Sequence record: MZ234033.1
Reading direction: 5' to 3' (one strand)
Length of the DNA: 51,299 nucleotides
Source: Escherichia phage vB_EcoS-G3B1
The notes under the pieces were generated by a model, which saw only the letters and a program-made list of their open reading frames with translations, was not told the DNA's origin and made no database searches. Position numbers and translations under genes: made by a program. Below, one piece after another: positions 18,096 through 28,197 of this stretch (position 1 is its first letter; each line of letters opens with the position of its first letter).

Positions 18096-18412
18096 AGCGG
18101 GCGGTTTACCTGTTTTACCTCAAGCCGCCAACTGACGCACAATTAGAGGCCGTCGGCCTATCCCGTTCAGACTACGAAGGGGAGGAGCCGCCGGAGGTAA
18201 TTTTTGATGAATCAATGTTTCAATCTTGGGATCTGTTTTGCGCTATGCAGACGCAATGGAGATCGACTAGCGGCAGTGTGTATGGGTTCGACTATAACGT
18301 TTTGCCTATGCTTTTTGACATTTACAAGATTGAGGATCGGGAGATGGCGCTAAATGATTTGCGCATCATGGAACAAAAGGCGCTAGAAATGATTCATTCA
18401 AACAAAACATAA
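17778..18412 (+). CDS. Tail assembly chaperone frameshift-extension product (lambda GT-like; -1 shift at 18086-18092)
   Basis: A_AAA_AAC heptamer at 18086-18092 just before stop 18093-18095; -1 frame stays open (hand-translated, no stops) through ORF 18215..18412. Confidence 0.6.
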
Positions 18413-18432
18413 GCGCCGCGAGGCGCTTTTTT
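18411..18432 (+). terminator. Hairpin plus T-run before tape measure gene
   Basis: AGCGCCGCGAGGCGCT then TTTTTT. Confidence 0.45.
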
Positions 18433-18451
18433 AATATCTGGAGGTTTTAAA

Positions 18452-21133
18452 ATGGCTGAAAAATACGCTGGCCTAACGCTAGGCGTTGACGTGTCGCAGG
18501 TCAACAATGCTGTTAAATCATTGCAGCAATTCAAGAAGGCAAACGACGACGCAAAAAAAAGCGTTAATGAATTTGTTGATTCTGAGGTTGTGGCCCGACA
18601 GCAAGCAAAACAGCTTGCCGAAGAACTGGCGCGCCAGAAAGCAGAATTTAAGAAAATCCAGGAGTCAATTGATCCCACTGCATCAAAGATGGATAAGCTG
18701 CGAAAGGCAGCGACACAGCTTGATGCGCTATGGAAAAAGGGCGTTGTTCCTGATCAGACTTTTTTTGAGCTTGGGGCAATTCTTGAGACGCAGCAAAACA
18801 AGCTGATCGCAACCAAAAAAGCGATGACAGAGGAAGGCCGCGCGGCGCTTGAGGAATCAAAGAACAAGGCGCGTGCAGCGGAAGAGGCTAAAAAATTCGT
18901 CCAGGCTTTGCGTGAGCAGGAAGAAGCAGCAGGAAAAAGCAAGTCTGAATTGCTGGAAATGAAAGCGGCACAGCTTGGAGTTAGCCAGGAGGCAGCACCT
19001 TACATCGCAAGGCTGAAAGAGCAGGAAAAGCAGATCCAGAAACTTGGGATTTCTACAGGCCAATACAAACAAGCAATGGCGCAATTGCCAATGCAGATCA
19101 CAGACGTGGTGACTTCACTTGCTTCTGGTATGCCAGTTTGGTTGGTCGCAGTCCAGCAGGGTGGACAGATCAAGGATTCTTTTGGTGGTGCATCCAATGC
19201 TTTAAAAGCGTTGCTATCTTTCCTGAATCCGGTAAACGTGGCGTTTGGCTTGCTTTCCGGCACGCTGGCAATTGCTGCATATAATGCCTACAAAGCACAG
19301 ACAGAGCTTGAGGCAATTAAAAAAACCGTTCAGGAAACAACTGGCTTGAGTGGTGAGTTTGCCGAAAAGATTGCTATAGGAATCCAGGAGCTTTCCGACA
19401 AGACAGGCGAAAGCGCCGAAGATCTGGCAAAGGCTTACATAACAACGAAAGACGGCGCGAGCGAGGCGATTAAAAAACTGGTTGACGTTGGGATGACTTA
19501 TGATGACGCAAAAAAGAAAGTCAACGAGTACAAGGGCGCGTCTAGCTTTGTCAGCTTGAATAACGAAATTGCAAACCACAAAAACAAAGTCCTTGAGTTG
19601 GGCGATTCGTGGTATGAGGTTTTGAAAGCGAAGCGTGATTACGCTTCCCCGTCCGGCGGCCTGTTAGGTAAGGAGCTTGGCTATGTTAACCCTATGCTTA
19701 AGTTTGCACTTAACACTTATGAAGACATTGGAAAGGTCGTAAAAGATGCGAATAAGGACATGGCGGAACGAGCGGAGCGAATCGACAAAGAAAACCTGGC
19801 CTTAAACAGAGTGCGCGCAGCACAGGAGGCTTTAAACAAAGCCATTGAGGATCAGAAAAATGTGGCGCGTTCGGCTGATGAAGAACTGAAAAAGCGCGCG
19901 GCTGAAAACGTGGAGTTTAGGCGCAAAGAGCTTGAGGAAATCAAGAAGCAGGAGCAGAAAAAGAAAGAGGCTAAAGGGGGAATAGTTCGCGGCCCTACTG
20001 AGCAGCTTGATAAAGAGTTGTACGTTTTAAAGGCGCAACTGGAAACTCTTAAAGAGCATCGCACTGTTAACGATGTTATTTCTCGCCAGCGTAAATCTTT
20101 ATGGAGCATCGAAAAGCAGATCGAGATCCTGGAGAATGCGCAGAGCAAGCGTAAATTGACCGGAGCGGAACAGGCGCTACTAAACGAGCAAAAGGCCGTT
20201 CTTGAAATGGCAAGACAAAAAGCTGAGCTAGGGGATCAGATTGTTTTGCAGGAGCGCAAAAACAAGCTGGAGCAAGATAGTATTAAGTTTATCCGTGAAA
20301 CTGAGGCTGCTATTGATGCGATTGGCCTTAAGCAACTTGGATACACTGAAAAGCAGATCGAGCGTGAGCTAGAGTTACGCAAGCTGCGCACCGACTACGA
20401 GGCGCAAGGCGGAAGCGTTAGCGACGAAGTTTTTCAGCAAATGGAGACGAAACTTAAGCTGTATTACCAGGCACAAGACGAGGCGCAAGGCAACTGGTTA
20501 GCCGGAGCAAAGAACGCATGGGAGCTATTCGCGGAAGATGCAAACAATGCCTATGGCAATGTTCAGCAGATCGCAAGCGAGGCGTTAAACGGCCTTACAA
20601 ACCAATTAGCGAATTTTATCGCTACTGGCAAGGCAAACTTTAAAGACTTCTCGACGGCTATCATCAAAATGATTATTCAGATGATCACGAAAATGGTCGT
20701 CTTTAATGCGTTATCTGGCCTGATGGGTGGTCAAACCTGGACGATGGGGAGCTTGCTTAAGAATATTGGCGGATTTGCTGGCGGTGGATACACTGGCGAC
20801 GGCGGGAAGTATGAGCCAGCCGGAATTGTCCATAAAGGTGAATTTGTCATGACGAAGGAGGCGACGCAGCGTATTGGGGTAGGAAACTTGTACCGCATGA
20901 TGCGAGGCTATGCTAACGGCGGCGTTGTTGGTAGTTCCGGCTATACTGGCGGTGGCGCTGTAACTGGTGGAGCACCTCAATTTAACATCGGCGGGATTGA
21001 TGTTAGCATCACTAACGGAAACGATCCGAAGGGCATCGAAACTGGTGTTAAGATGATCTTTACTGATATGATTAAACGTTCCTGTATGCAGGGCGGCGAG
21101 GTTTACGAATTTGTTATGAGCAAGCGAGGTTGA
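18452..21133 (+). CDS. Tail tape measure protein
   Basis: 893 aa, long coiled-coil-like charged regions, glycine-rich C-terminal part; precedes M-L-K-I-J genes. Confidence 0.85.
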   Translation: MAEKYAGLTLGVDVSQVNNAVKSLQQFKKANDDAKKSVNEFVDSEVVARQQAKQLAEELARQKAEFKKIQESIDPTASKMDKLRKAATQLDALWKKGVVPDQTFFELGAILETQQNKLIATKKAMTEEGRAALEESKNKARAAEEAKKFVQALREQEEAAGKSKSELLEMKAAQLGVSQEAAPYIARLKEQEKQIQKLGISTGQYKQAMAQLPMQITDVVTSLASGMPVWLVAVQQGGQIKDSFGGASNALKALLSFLNPVNVAFGLLSGTLAIAAYNAYKAQTELEAIKKTVQETTGLSGEFAEKIAIGIQELSDKTGESAEDLAKAYITTKDGASEAIKKLVDVGMTYDDAKKKVNEYKGASSFVSLNNEIANHKNKVLELGDSWYEVLKAKRDYASPSGGLLGKELGYVNPMLKFALNTYEDIGKVVKDANKDMAERAERIDKENLALNRVRAAQEALNKAIEDQKNVARSADEELKKRAAENVEFRRKELEEIKKQEQKKKEAKGGIVRGPTEQLDKELYVLKAQLETLKEHRTVNDVISRQRKSLWSIEKQIEILENAQSKRKLTGAEQALLNEQKAVLEMARQKAELGDQIVLQERKNKLEQDSIKFIRETEAAIDAIGLKQLGYTEKQIERELELRKLRTDYEAQGGSVSDEVFQQMETKLKLYYQAQDEAQGNWLAGAKNAWELFAEDANNAYGNVQQIASEALNGLTNQLANFIATGKANFKDFSTAIIKMIIQMITKMVVFNALSGLMGGQTWTMGSLLKNIGGFAGGGYTGDGGKYEPAGIVHKGEFVMTKEATQRIGVGNLYRMMRGYANGGVVGSSGYTGGGAVTGGAPQFNIGGIDVSITNGNDPKGIETGVKMIFTDMIKRSCMQGGEVYEFVMSKRG

Positions 21134-21135
21134 TA

Positions 21136-21486
21136 ATGAAGCTGGATCAGTTTAAGTGGTGCACGCAGGTTCAGAACGGCGGCGGGTCCATGACGTCATC
21201 AAATAACGATCGAGAGATTGCATTCGGTAACGGATACACACAGGTAGCATCTGGAGGCTTTAACACAATCAGGCGAGAGTTTAGCATTGTTTACGCTGGG
21301 CTTGATTACAGAGATGTTGTCAAGTTCCTGAATGAGCACAGACTAAAACCTTTCTTGTGGATCATGCCTGATGGAAGCCCTGGATTGTTCAGAGTGAAAA
21401 GCGGTAGCGTCGGCCTTACTCCATTGTCGCCAACCGTTCAGGAAGTAAAAGCCACTTTTACGGAGCAATTTACATCAATGCAGTAA
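21136..21486 (+). CDS. Minor tail protein (lambda M-like)
   Basis: Size about 117 aa directly after tape measure gene. Confidence 0.6.
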   Translation: MKLDQFKWCTQVQNGGGSMTSSNNDREIAFGNGYTQVASGGFNTIRREFSIVYAGLDYRDVVKFLNEHRLKPFLWIMPDGSPGLFRVKSGSVGLTPLSPTVQEVKATFTEQFTSMQ

Positions 21487-21490
21487 TTTA

Positions 21491-21516
21491 AAGCCGCCTT
21501 TGTGCGGCTTTTTTAT
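21491..21516 (+). terminator. Hairpin plus T-run
   Basis: AAGCCGCCTTTGTGCGGCTT then TTTTTT. Confidence 0.5.
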
Positions 21517-21548
21517 TGATGTTACAATGAGCAAAAAGGAGGTAGAAA

Positions 21549-22310
21549 ATGGCTAATAAAGAATCAGGTAGAGTTGAATTTGAGAACTGCCTACAAAGTT
21601 TGTACCCAGGAGAAATTATAACGCTTGTAGAGATTGACGGGACGAAGTTCGGAGCAAATATTTACCGATTTCACAATGAGAACATCTCTTATACTGCCGA
21701 GGAATTAATGCAAGCGCAGCAAACCGGAATCTTGCCGCCGAAAGATATTATTTTTCAGGGTGATGTTTACGGAGCGCGGCCTTTCGGTGTGAGCGGGATT
21801 AACTTCACAAGTAACGGCAGGGCAGATAAGCCTCAGCTTATAGTGTCAAACCTTGACAGCAGGGTGAGCGCCATGATCAGAAATTACAATGGCATGATGC
21901 AAGCAAAGGTGACTTTCTGGATAACGGCAAAGGAATTTATCGGAGAAGGCGGAGCAATCAAAGATGGCGCTTACAGAAAATTGGTTTATTACATTGAGCG
22001 CCCAAGCCAGTACAATAGAGAGATAGCGAAATTTGATCTAACATCGCCTTACGATATGGATGGACTGATGATCCCGCCGCGCATCACTCAAAGCGTTTGC
22101 TATTGGGCGCAAAGGGGATGGTACAGGAGCGGAAAGGGTTGCTCTTATAACGGATCGGCAATGTTCGATAAAGACAATAAGCCAGTAACAGATCCATCAC
22201 AAGACTATTGCGCCGGAACTGTAACGGCTTGCAAATTGAGGTTCGGTCAGCAAAACGAATTGGATTTCGGCGGTTGCGCGGTTGCTTCACTGCTACGGAG
22301 GAATCAATAA
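21549..22310 (+). CDS. Minor tail protein (lambda L-like)
   Basis: 253 aa, position and C-terminal Cys cluster (CYWAQ...CSYNG...C). Confidence 0.6.
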   Translation: MANKESGRVEFENCLQSLYPGEIITLVEIDGTKFGANIYRFHNENISYTAEELMQAQQTGILPPKDIIFQGDVYGARPFGVSGINFTSNGRADKPQLIVSNLDSRVSAMIRNYNGMMQAKVTFWITAKEFIGEGGAIKDGAYRKLVYYIERPSQYNREIAKFDLTSPYDMDGLMIPPRITQSVCYWAQRGWYRSGKGCSYNGSAMFDKDNKPVTDPSQDYCAGTVTACKLRFGQQNELDFGGCAVASLLRRNQ

Positions 22311-23041
22311 TGATTAGTGCAAAAATTAAACTTGAAATAATGCAGCACGTTAAAGAGGAATACCCTAAAGAGGCTTGCGGCGTCATAACTCAAAAGTCAC
22401 GGGTACAGAAATATCACCGCATAACCAACGTGCATGACGATCCAGAAAATTATTTTGAAATGGACGCCGTAGAATACGCTGAATCGCTCGACAAAGGCGA
22501 ATTAATCGCGGTGGTGCATTCCCATTGCGGGGATGGTGCTAGCACGATACCGAGCGCGCACGACTCATGTATGTGCGATGAAATGGGTGTATCGTGGATT
22601 ATAGTTTCATGGCCCGAAGGTGATATGAGAATTGTCGAGCCGCAGGAGAGGCCGCTTATCGGTCGCCCGTGGTCGCTGGGGTCGTTCGATTGCTGGGGTC
22701 TTATCATGGCATGGCATAAACAGCACGGAGTAGTATTGAATGACTTCCGAAAACCTTACGAGTGGTGGAAGTCAGAATATGGTGAAAATCTTTACCAGGA
22801 TAATTATTTGAAAGAGGGATTTATTGAAACTAACGAGCCTCCAAAACCTGGTGATATGGTGATTATGCAGCTATCATCGCCAGTCTGGAATCATGCGGGG
22901 ATTTATTTGGGTAACAATCAGCTATTACATCATGCGTTTGGAAAGCTATCTCGCATTGACTTGTATTCTGGATGGTATCAGGAGCACACTGTAAAAATTT
23001 GCCGACATAAGGATCTGAAATATGACATTGAAAGTAATTAA
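22310..23041 (+). CDS. Tail assembly protein (lambda K-like; JAB/MPN plus NlpC/P60 peptidase motifs)
   Basis: HSHCGDGAS...SAHD (JAMM-like) and DCWGLIMAWH (Cys-His peptidase) motifs; ATG 22310 overlaps upstream stop. Confidence 0.75.
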   Translation: MISAKIKLEIMQHVKEEYPKEACGVITQKSRVQKYHRITNVHDDPENYFEMDAVEYAESLDKGELIAVVHSHCGDGASTIPSAHDSCMCDEMGVSWIIVSWPEGDMRIVEPQERPLIGRPWSLGSFDCWGLIMAWHKQHGVVLNDFRKPYEWWKSEYGENLYQDNYLKEGFIETNEPPKPGDMVIMQLSSPVWNHAGIYLGNNQLLHHAFGKLSRIDLYSGWYQEHTVKICRHKDLKYDIESN

Positions 23042-23618
23042 ACTATCTGGTTCCCTGGGGCGTAGATTTGGCGTCTTTCACAAAATGGCGGTTGACTCAT
23101 ACCCCGAAGCAATACGAGCGTTATCTTCCCAGGTTGATGGGTTCAAAGACTACATGCAAAGCGAAGTAGGATCGCGAATGAAGTATGCTGTATTTGTTGA
23201 TGGAAAAAACGTTAGTCAGCATGATGAAAAATCATGGAAGTGCGCGCGAGAGGTTCGAATAGTTCCCGTTCCAACTGGTTCTAAGTCCGGCGGCCTGTTC
23301 AATGTTGTTTTTGGTGCTGTAATTATGGCTACTGCGTTCTTTACTGGTGGTGCAAGCCTGGCGGCTATGGGCGCTTTTGCATCTTCCGCATTTATGATTG
23401 GTGGGGCTATCGCGTTGGGCGGTGTAATGCAAATGATCTCACCGCAGCAGGGAGGAATGAAACTGCAAAGCCAATCAGCAGAAAACAAGCCTTCTTACGC
23501 TTTCGGCGGTGCTGTAAATACCACGGCGGCAGGTTATCCGGTTCCTTTGCCATATGGATATAGGACAGTAGGCGGAGCAATCTGGTCGGCTGGCAGCTAC
23601 GCAGAAGATAAAGCATAA
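23022..23618 (+). CDS. Tail assembly protein (lambda I-like)
   Basis: 198 aa with Gly/Ala-rich hydrophobic C-terminal half; position between K-like and J-like genes. Confidence 0.6.
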   Translation: MTLKVIKLSGSLGRRFGVFHKMAVDSYPEAIRALSSQVDGFKDYMQSEVGSRMKYAVFVDGKNVSQHDEKSWKCAREVRIVPVPTGSKSGGLFNVVFGAVIMATAFFTGGASLAAMGAFASSAFMIGGAIALGGVMQMISPQQGGMKLQSQSAENKPSYAFGGAVNTTAAGYPVPLPYGYRTVGGAIWSAGSYAEDKA

Positions 23619-23624
23619 AAAAAT

Positions 23625-23648
23625 ACCCGCCTTGCGCGGGTTTTTTTG
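23625..23648 (+). terminator. Hairpin plus T-run before J-like gene
   Basis: CCCGCCTTGCGCGGG then TTTTTTT. Confidence 0.55.
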
Positions 23649-23696
23649 TGCATTTATAATGTGCAAACCAAGAAACAGCACAAAAGGTTAAAAGTC

Positions 23697-26600
23697 ATGG
23701 CTAAATATATGATAAGCGGCAGTAAGGGAGGCGGTCAAAAGCCCTACGTGCCAAAAGAGATGGAAGATAACCTGATCTCGATAAACAAGATTAAAGTTTT
23801 GCTGGCTGTATCTGATGGCGAGTGCGATCCAGATTTTACGTTGCGTGATCTTTATCTTGATGATGTTCCGGTTATTGCCAGCGATGGCACTGTTAACTAC
23901 GAGGGAGTTACGGCTGAATATCGACCAGGCACGCAGACGCAAGATTACATCCAGGGTTTTACTGACACATCAAGTGAGGTTACAGTTGCCAGAGATATTA
24001 CCGGAGACAATCCTTATGTTATTTCTGTTACAAATAAAAATCTATCTGCGGTAAGAATAAAGATCCTGATGCCAGTAGGCATTAAAACAGAGGATAACGG
24101 CGATCTTGTTGGCGTAAGGGTTGAGTATGCCGTAGATATGGCTGTTGATGGCGGTTCTTATAGCGAGGTTATGAGAGATGTAATTGACGGCAAGACAAGA
24201 TCAGGATACGACCGCAGCAGAAGGATTGATCTTCCTAAGTTTGATGAGCGCGTTTTAATCCGAGTAAAGCGACTGACTCCAGACAGCACATCTTCAAAGG
24301 TGACTGATAAAATCAAGCTGCAAAGTTACGCTGAGGTTGTTGATGCAAAATTCCGCTATCCTCTGACTGGACTTGTATTCGTAGAATTTGACAGCGAATT
24401 GTTTCCTACGCAAATCCCTAACATTTCTATAAAAAAGAAATGGAAGATTATTAATGTGCCAAGCAACTATGATCCAATATCAAGAGAATATCACGGGTCA
24501 TGGGATGGGACTTTTAAAAAAGCGTGGTCAAATAATCCTGCTTGGGTTCTTTATGATCTGGTGACAAATCAGCGTTATGGACTTGATCAGCGAGAGTTAG
24601 GAATACAGATCGACAAGTGGAGCTTATACGAGGCGGGCGTTTACTGCGATCAGAAAGTTCCAGACGGTAAAGGCGGCACTGAGCCTCGCTACCTATGCGA
24701 TGTGGTGATTCAGAATCAAGTTGAGGCTTATCAGCTAATCCGTGACATTTGCTCAATCTTTCGCGGAATGAGTTTTTGGAATGGTGAGAGCTTATCAATC
24801 GTGATTGATAAGCCGCGCGATCCATCATACGTGTTTACTAATGAAAACGTCATCAACGGTGATTTTCAGTACACAAACGCAAGCGAAAAAAGCATGTACA
24901 CGCAGTGTAACGTGACGTTTGACGACGAACAAAACATGTATCAGCAGGACGTAGAGGGGGTTTTTGATACTGAGGCGGCATTACGATTTGGATACAACCC
25001 AACAAGCATTACAGCGATCGGGTGTACGCGCAGGAGCGAAGCGAATCGTCGCGGTCGTTGGGTTTTGAAAACAAACCTTAGAAGCACTACTGTAAACTTT
25101 GCTACCGGACTAGAGGGGATGATTCCATCAATAGGTGATGTTATTGCTATCGCTGATAATTTTCAGAGTAGCAACCTAACGTTAAACCTATCGGGCCGAG
25201 TAATGGAAGTTTCAGGGCTGCAGGTTTTCGTTCCGTTTAAGGTTGATGCTCGCCCTGGTGATTTTATTATCATCAACAAGCCGGACGGCAAGCCAGTTAA
25301 GCGCACGATCTCAAAGGTTAGCGCAGACGGAAAAACCATTGAGTTAAATATTGGATTTGGTTTTGATGTTAAGCCTGATACTGTTTTTGCGATTGACCGT
25401 ACTGATCTTGCGTTGCAGCAATACGTTGTGACAACCATCAGCAAGGGTGATGACGAAAACGAGTTTACCTATTCAATCACGGCTGTAGAGTACGATCCGA
25501 ACAAATACGACGAGATTGATTATGGAGTAAACATTGATGACAGACCGACTTCAATTGTTCAGCCTGACGTGATGGCAGCGCCTGAGAACGTTAAGATCTC
25601 ATCTTATTCTCGCGTCGTGCAGGGTGTTAGCGTTGAGACTATGGTTGTTTCATGGGATAAGGTTCCTTACGCATCGCTTTATGAAATGCAGTGGCGAAAA
25701 GGTGATGGTAACTGGCTGAATACGCCGCAGACCGCTAACAAAGAGATAGAGGTAGAAGGGATTTACTCTGGCAACTACCAAGTAAGGGTGAGATCCGTTT
25801 CTGCAAGCGGTAACGCTTCCCCGTGGTCAAAGATTGCAACCGCCACTCTGACAGGTAAAGTTGGCGAGCCAGGAGCGCCGATTAATCTTACGGCTTCTGA
25901 TAATGAAGTTTTTGGCATTCGTGTCAAATGGGGTATGCCGGAAGGATCAGGCGATACGGCTTACATTGAGCTTCACCAATCGCCAGACGGAACGGTTGAA
26001 AACTCAAGTCTGCTTACGCTGATTCCATATCCTCAATATGAGTATTGGCATAGCACGTTACCAGCGGGGCAAGTTGTATGGTATAGAATCCGCAGCGTTG
26101 ACAGAATAGGCAACGTTTCAAGCTGGACTGACTTTGTTCGCGGCATGGCGTCAGATGACGTTGAATCTGTTTTGGGCGACATTCTGGACAAGATTTTTGA
26201 TACAGAAGCTGGTCAAGAAATCAAAGAGAACGCCATAGACAGTGCCAATAAAATCAAAGACCAGGCGCAATCAATCATACAGAACGCGTTGGCAAATGAT
26301 GCAGATGTGAAGTGGACGCGAGTGCAAAACGGAAAGCGCAAGGCTGAATATGGTCATGCTCTTGAGCTTATCGCCAATGAAACAGAAGCGCGCGTAACTC
26401 AAATCGAAGAGTTAAGGGCTTCAATTGATGGCGAGATAACATCAAGCATCAAGACAGTGCAGGAGGCAATTGCCACTGAATCAGAGACGCGAGCGACTCA
26501 AATTCAGCAGCTTGATTCTAAATTCACAAAAGAAATCGACGGCGTGCGCAAGGATACTTCTGCAAGCATTAGCGATGTAAGGCAGACAATCACTAACGAG

Positions 26601-27275
26601 TCAGAAGCGCGCGCTCAGGCCGTTCAGCAGCTTGACGCTAAGTTCACGAAAGAGATAAACGACCTTGACGGAGTTATCAAAACAGAAGTCGAGGCTAACA
26701 TCTCAGAAGTGAAACAGGCGATCGCCAATGAGACAGAGGCAAGGGTTCAGGCTGACCAGGCATTAACAGCACGATTTGGCGACGTTGAATCTGCATTGGT
26801 TGAAAAGTTGGATTCTTGGGCGAGCGTTGATTCAGTTGGGGCTAAATACGCTATGAAACTTGGCCTTACTTACAAAGGCCAGCAATACAGCGCAGGAATG
26901 GTGATGCAGCTTTCGCAGGGTTCATCCGGCCTTATCTCGCAAATTTTGTTTGATGCTAACAGGTTCGCCATTATGACTAGCTCTACTGGAGGGACTTTTA
27001 CTTTGCCTTTCGTGGTTGAGAATAATCAGGTTTTCATTAATAGTCTTTTGGTGAAGAACGGTTCAATCACTAATGCGATGATTGGTAATGTGATTCAGTC
27101 AAACAACTTTGTTCAAAACCAGCAAGGATGGAGGCTTGATAAAAACGGAATCTTTGAGAATTACGGATCAACGCCAGGAGAAGGAGCTACTAAATTCACC
27201 AATGAGGGATTGAAGGTAAAAGATGCAAACGGAGTATTGAGGGTTGAAGTCGGAAGGATTACCGGAAGATGGTAA
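23697..27275 (+). CDS. Tail tip / host specificity protein (lambda J-like) with C-terminal ~40-aa repeats
   Basis: 1192 aa after I-like gene; RBS AAAGG before ATG 23697; repeat units NETEARVTQIEEL.., SETRATQIQQLDSKFTKEI.., SEARAQAVQQLDAKFTKEI.. Confidence 0.8.
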   Translation: MAKYMISGSKGGGQKPYVPKEMEDNLISINKIKVLLAVSDGECDPDFTLRDLYLDDVPVIASDGTVNYEGVTAEYRPGTQTQDYIQGFTDTSSEVTVARDITGDNPYVISVTNKNLSAVRIKILMPVGIKTEDNGDLVGVRVEYAVDMAVDGGSYSEVMRDVIDGKTRSGYDRSRRIDLPKFDERVLIRVKRLTPDSTSSKVTDKIKLQSYAEVVDAKFRYPLTGLVFVEFDSELFPTQIPNISIKKKWKIINVPSNYDPISREYHGSWDGTFKKAWSNNPAWVLYDLVTNQRYGLDQRELGIQIDKWSLYEAGVYCDQKVPDGKGGTEPRYLCDVVIQNQVEAYQLIRDICSIFRGMSFWNGESLSIVIDKPRDPSYVFTNENVINGDFQYTNASEKSMYTQCNVTFDDEQNMYQQDVEGVFDTEAALRFGYNPTSITAIGCTRRSEANRRGRWVLKTNLRSTTVNFATGLEGMIPSIGDVIAIADNFQSSNLTLNLSGRVMEVSGLQVFVPFKVDARPGDFIIINKPDGKPVKRTISKVSADGKTIELNIGFGFDVKPDTVFAIDRTDLALQQYVVTTISKGDDENEFTYSITAVEYDPNKYDEIDYGVNIDDRPTSIVQPDVMAAPENVKISSYSRVVQGVSVETMVVSWDKVPYASLYEMQWRKGDGNWLNTPQTANKEIEVEGIYSGNYQVRVRSVSASGNASPWSKIATATLTGKVGEPGAPINLTASDNEVFGIRVKWGMPEGSGDTAYIELHQSPDGTVENSSLLTLIPYPQYEYWHSTLPAGQVVWYRIRSVDRIGNVSSWTDFVRGMASDDVESVLGDILDKIFDTEAGQEIKENAIDSANKIKDQAQSIIQNALANDADVKWTRVQNGKRKAEYGHALELIANETEARVTQIEELRASIDGEITSSIKTVQEAIATESETRATQIQQLDSKFTKEIDGVRKDTSASISDVRQTITNESEARAQAVQQLDAKFTKEINDLDGVIKTEVEANISEVKQAIANETEARVQADQALTARFGDVESALVEKLDSWASVDSVGAKYAMKLGLTYKGQQYSAGMVMQLSQGSSGLISQILFDANRFAIMTSSTGGTFTLPFVVENNQVFINSLLVKNGSITNAMIGNVIQSNNFVQNQQGWRLDKNGIFENYGSTPGEGATKFTNEGLKVKDANGVLRVEVGRITGRW

Positions 27276-27300
27276 AAAAGGGGGCATAGCCCCCTTTAAT
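27274..27300. terminator. Bidirectional intrinsic terminator between convergent genes
   Basis: A-run, hairpin GGGGGCATAGCCCCC, T-run. Confidence 0.65.
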
Positions 27301-27301
27301 T

Positions 27302-27916
27302 TTAATCATAGTGTGATGCATTTATAACCAAAACAGATGAAGCGGTGTAAATACCAACAGGTCCAGGAGTTTGTGCAACCTGCCTAGAAAAAGAGTAGAT
27401 CCCGTTACCATACGCGGCAGCTTGAGACTCAAAAATCATGAATCCACCTAAAGCCGGATTAGGAACAGAGTTTAATGCTGTCAGTGATGGCATTATGGCG
27501 CAAGGATAGCCCATGTTAACATCAAATGCGATCCCGCTTACGCCTACTTGCTTTGCATCTAGCGGCCTCATTTTTCCATGATAAACCATTTCACCATGAG
27601 CATTATAAAACGCTATGCCGTGACTACCTGGGGGAGTAACCATATTACTAAAAGCATAAACAATAACCTCACCCTGATTATCAGATCTATCAAGTCTTAT
27701 TGCGTGCCTTCCACCATTGTTAAATTGCGTGAATGATATGTATGATTTAGCGGTCAATCTAACAAAGAAAAAACATACCCTATCAACAGGAATTGACGAA
27801 GTAAAAACGGTTCCGGTATTAGCAGATATTACGGCCCGATCAATTAGATTAACTGGAGTGAAATCTGGACTTAACCATAACGATCCGTCTGATTTTTTTA
27901 TACTCATCCCGTACAT
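27302..27916 (-). CDS. Hypothetical tail-associated protein (204 aa)
   Basis: First ATG at 27916 preceded by GGGGGTGA; co-transcribed with lipoprotein gene downstream of J-like gene. Confidence 0.45.
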   Translation of the reverse strand: MYGMSIKKSDGSLWLSPDFTPVNLIDRAVISANTGTVFTSSIPVDRVCFFFVRLTAKSYISFTQFNNGGRHAIRLDRSDNQGEVIVYAFSNMVTPPGSHGIAFYNAHGEMVYHGKMRPLDAKQVGVSGIAFDVNMGYPCAIMPSLTALNSVPNPALGGFMIFESQAAAYGNGIYSFSRQVAQTPGPVGIYTASSVLVINASHYD

Positions 27917-27918
27917 TA

Positions 27919-28197
27919 TCACCCCCAAAAAGTATATATATATCTTGAATCAGATCCAGAAAGCCCACTCCATGTAACGGTGTCGCCACTCACCCCTAAG
28001 TTTGGTGCGCCAGGGTCGCCACCACGCCAGGAATTCATGCCAACATATATTGCTTTCAATGATTTACCTGGCGGCCTGTTTTGGTAAGTCTTGCTACCTG
28101 ATGGCTGAGTGAATTTATCAAGGAAGAAAACAGGCGTTAAAAGTCCTGTAACTTCCCTTCCTCGATCGTCATATATTGCATAACCATATTGCGCCAT
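27919..28197 (-). CDS. Hypothetical protein (92 aa)
   Basis: ORF between lipoprotein and 204-aa gene. Confidence 0.45.
   Translation of the reverse strand: MAQYGYAIYDDRGREVTGLLTPVFFLDKFTQPSGSKTYQNRPPGKSLKAIYVGMNSWRGGDPGAPNLGVSGDTVTWSGLSGSDSRYIYTFWG

Noticed and set aside
18394-20980. Multiple antisense or alternative-frame ORFs inside the tape measure gene
   Set aside because: Fully embedded within a well-supported 893-aa CDS; no independent start signals.
23648-23665. GTGCA direct repeats flanking TTTATAAT upstream of the J-like gene as an operator
   Set aside because: Very short repeat; TGCA is self-complementary and common; insufficient evidence beyond a possible -10 element.
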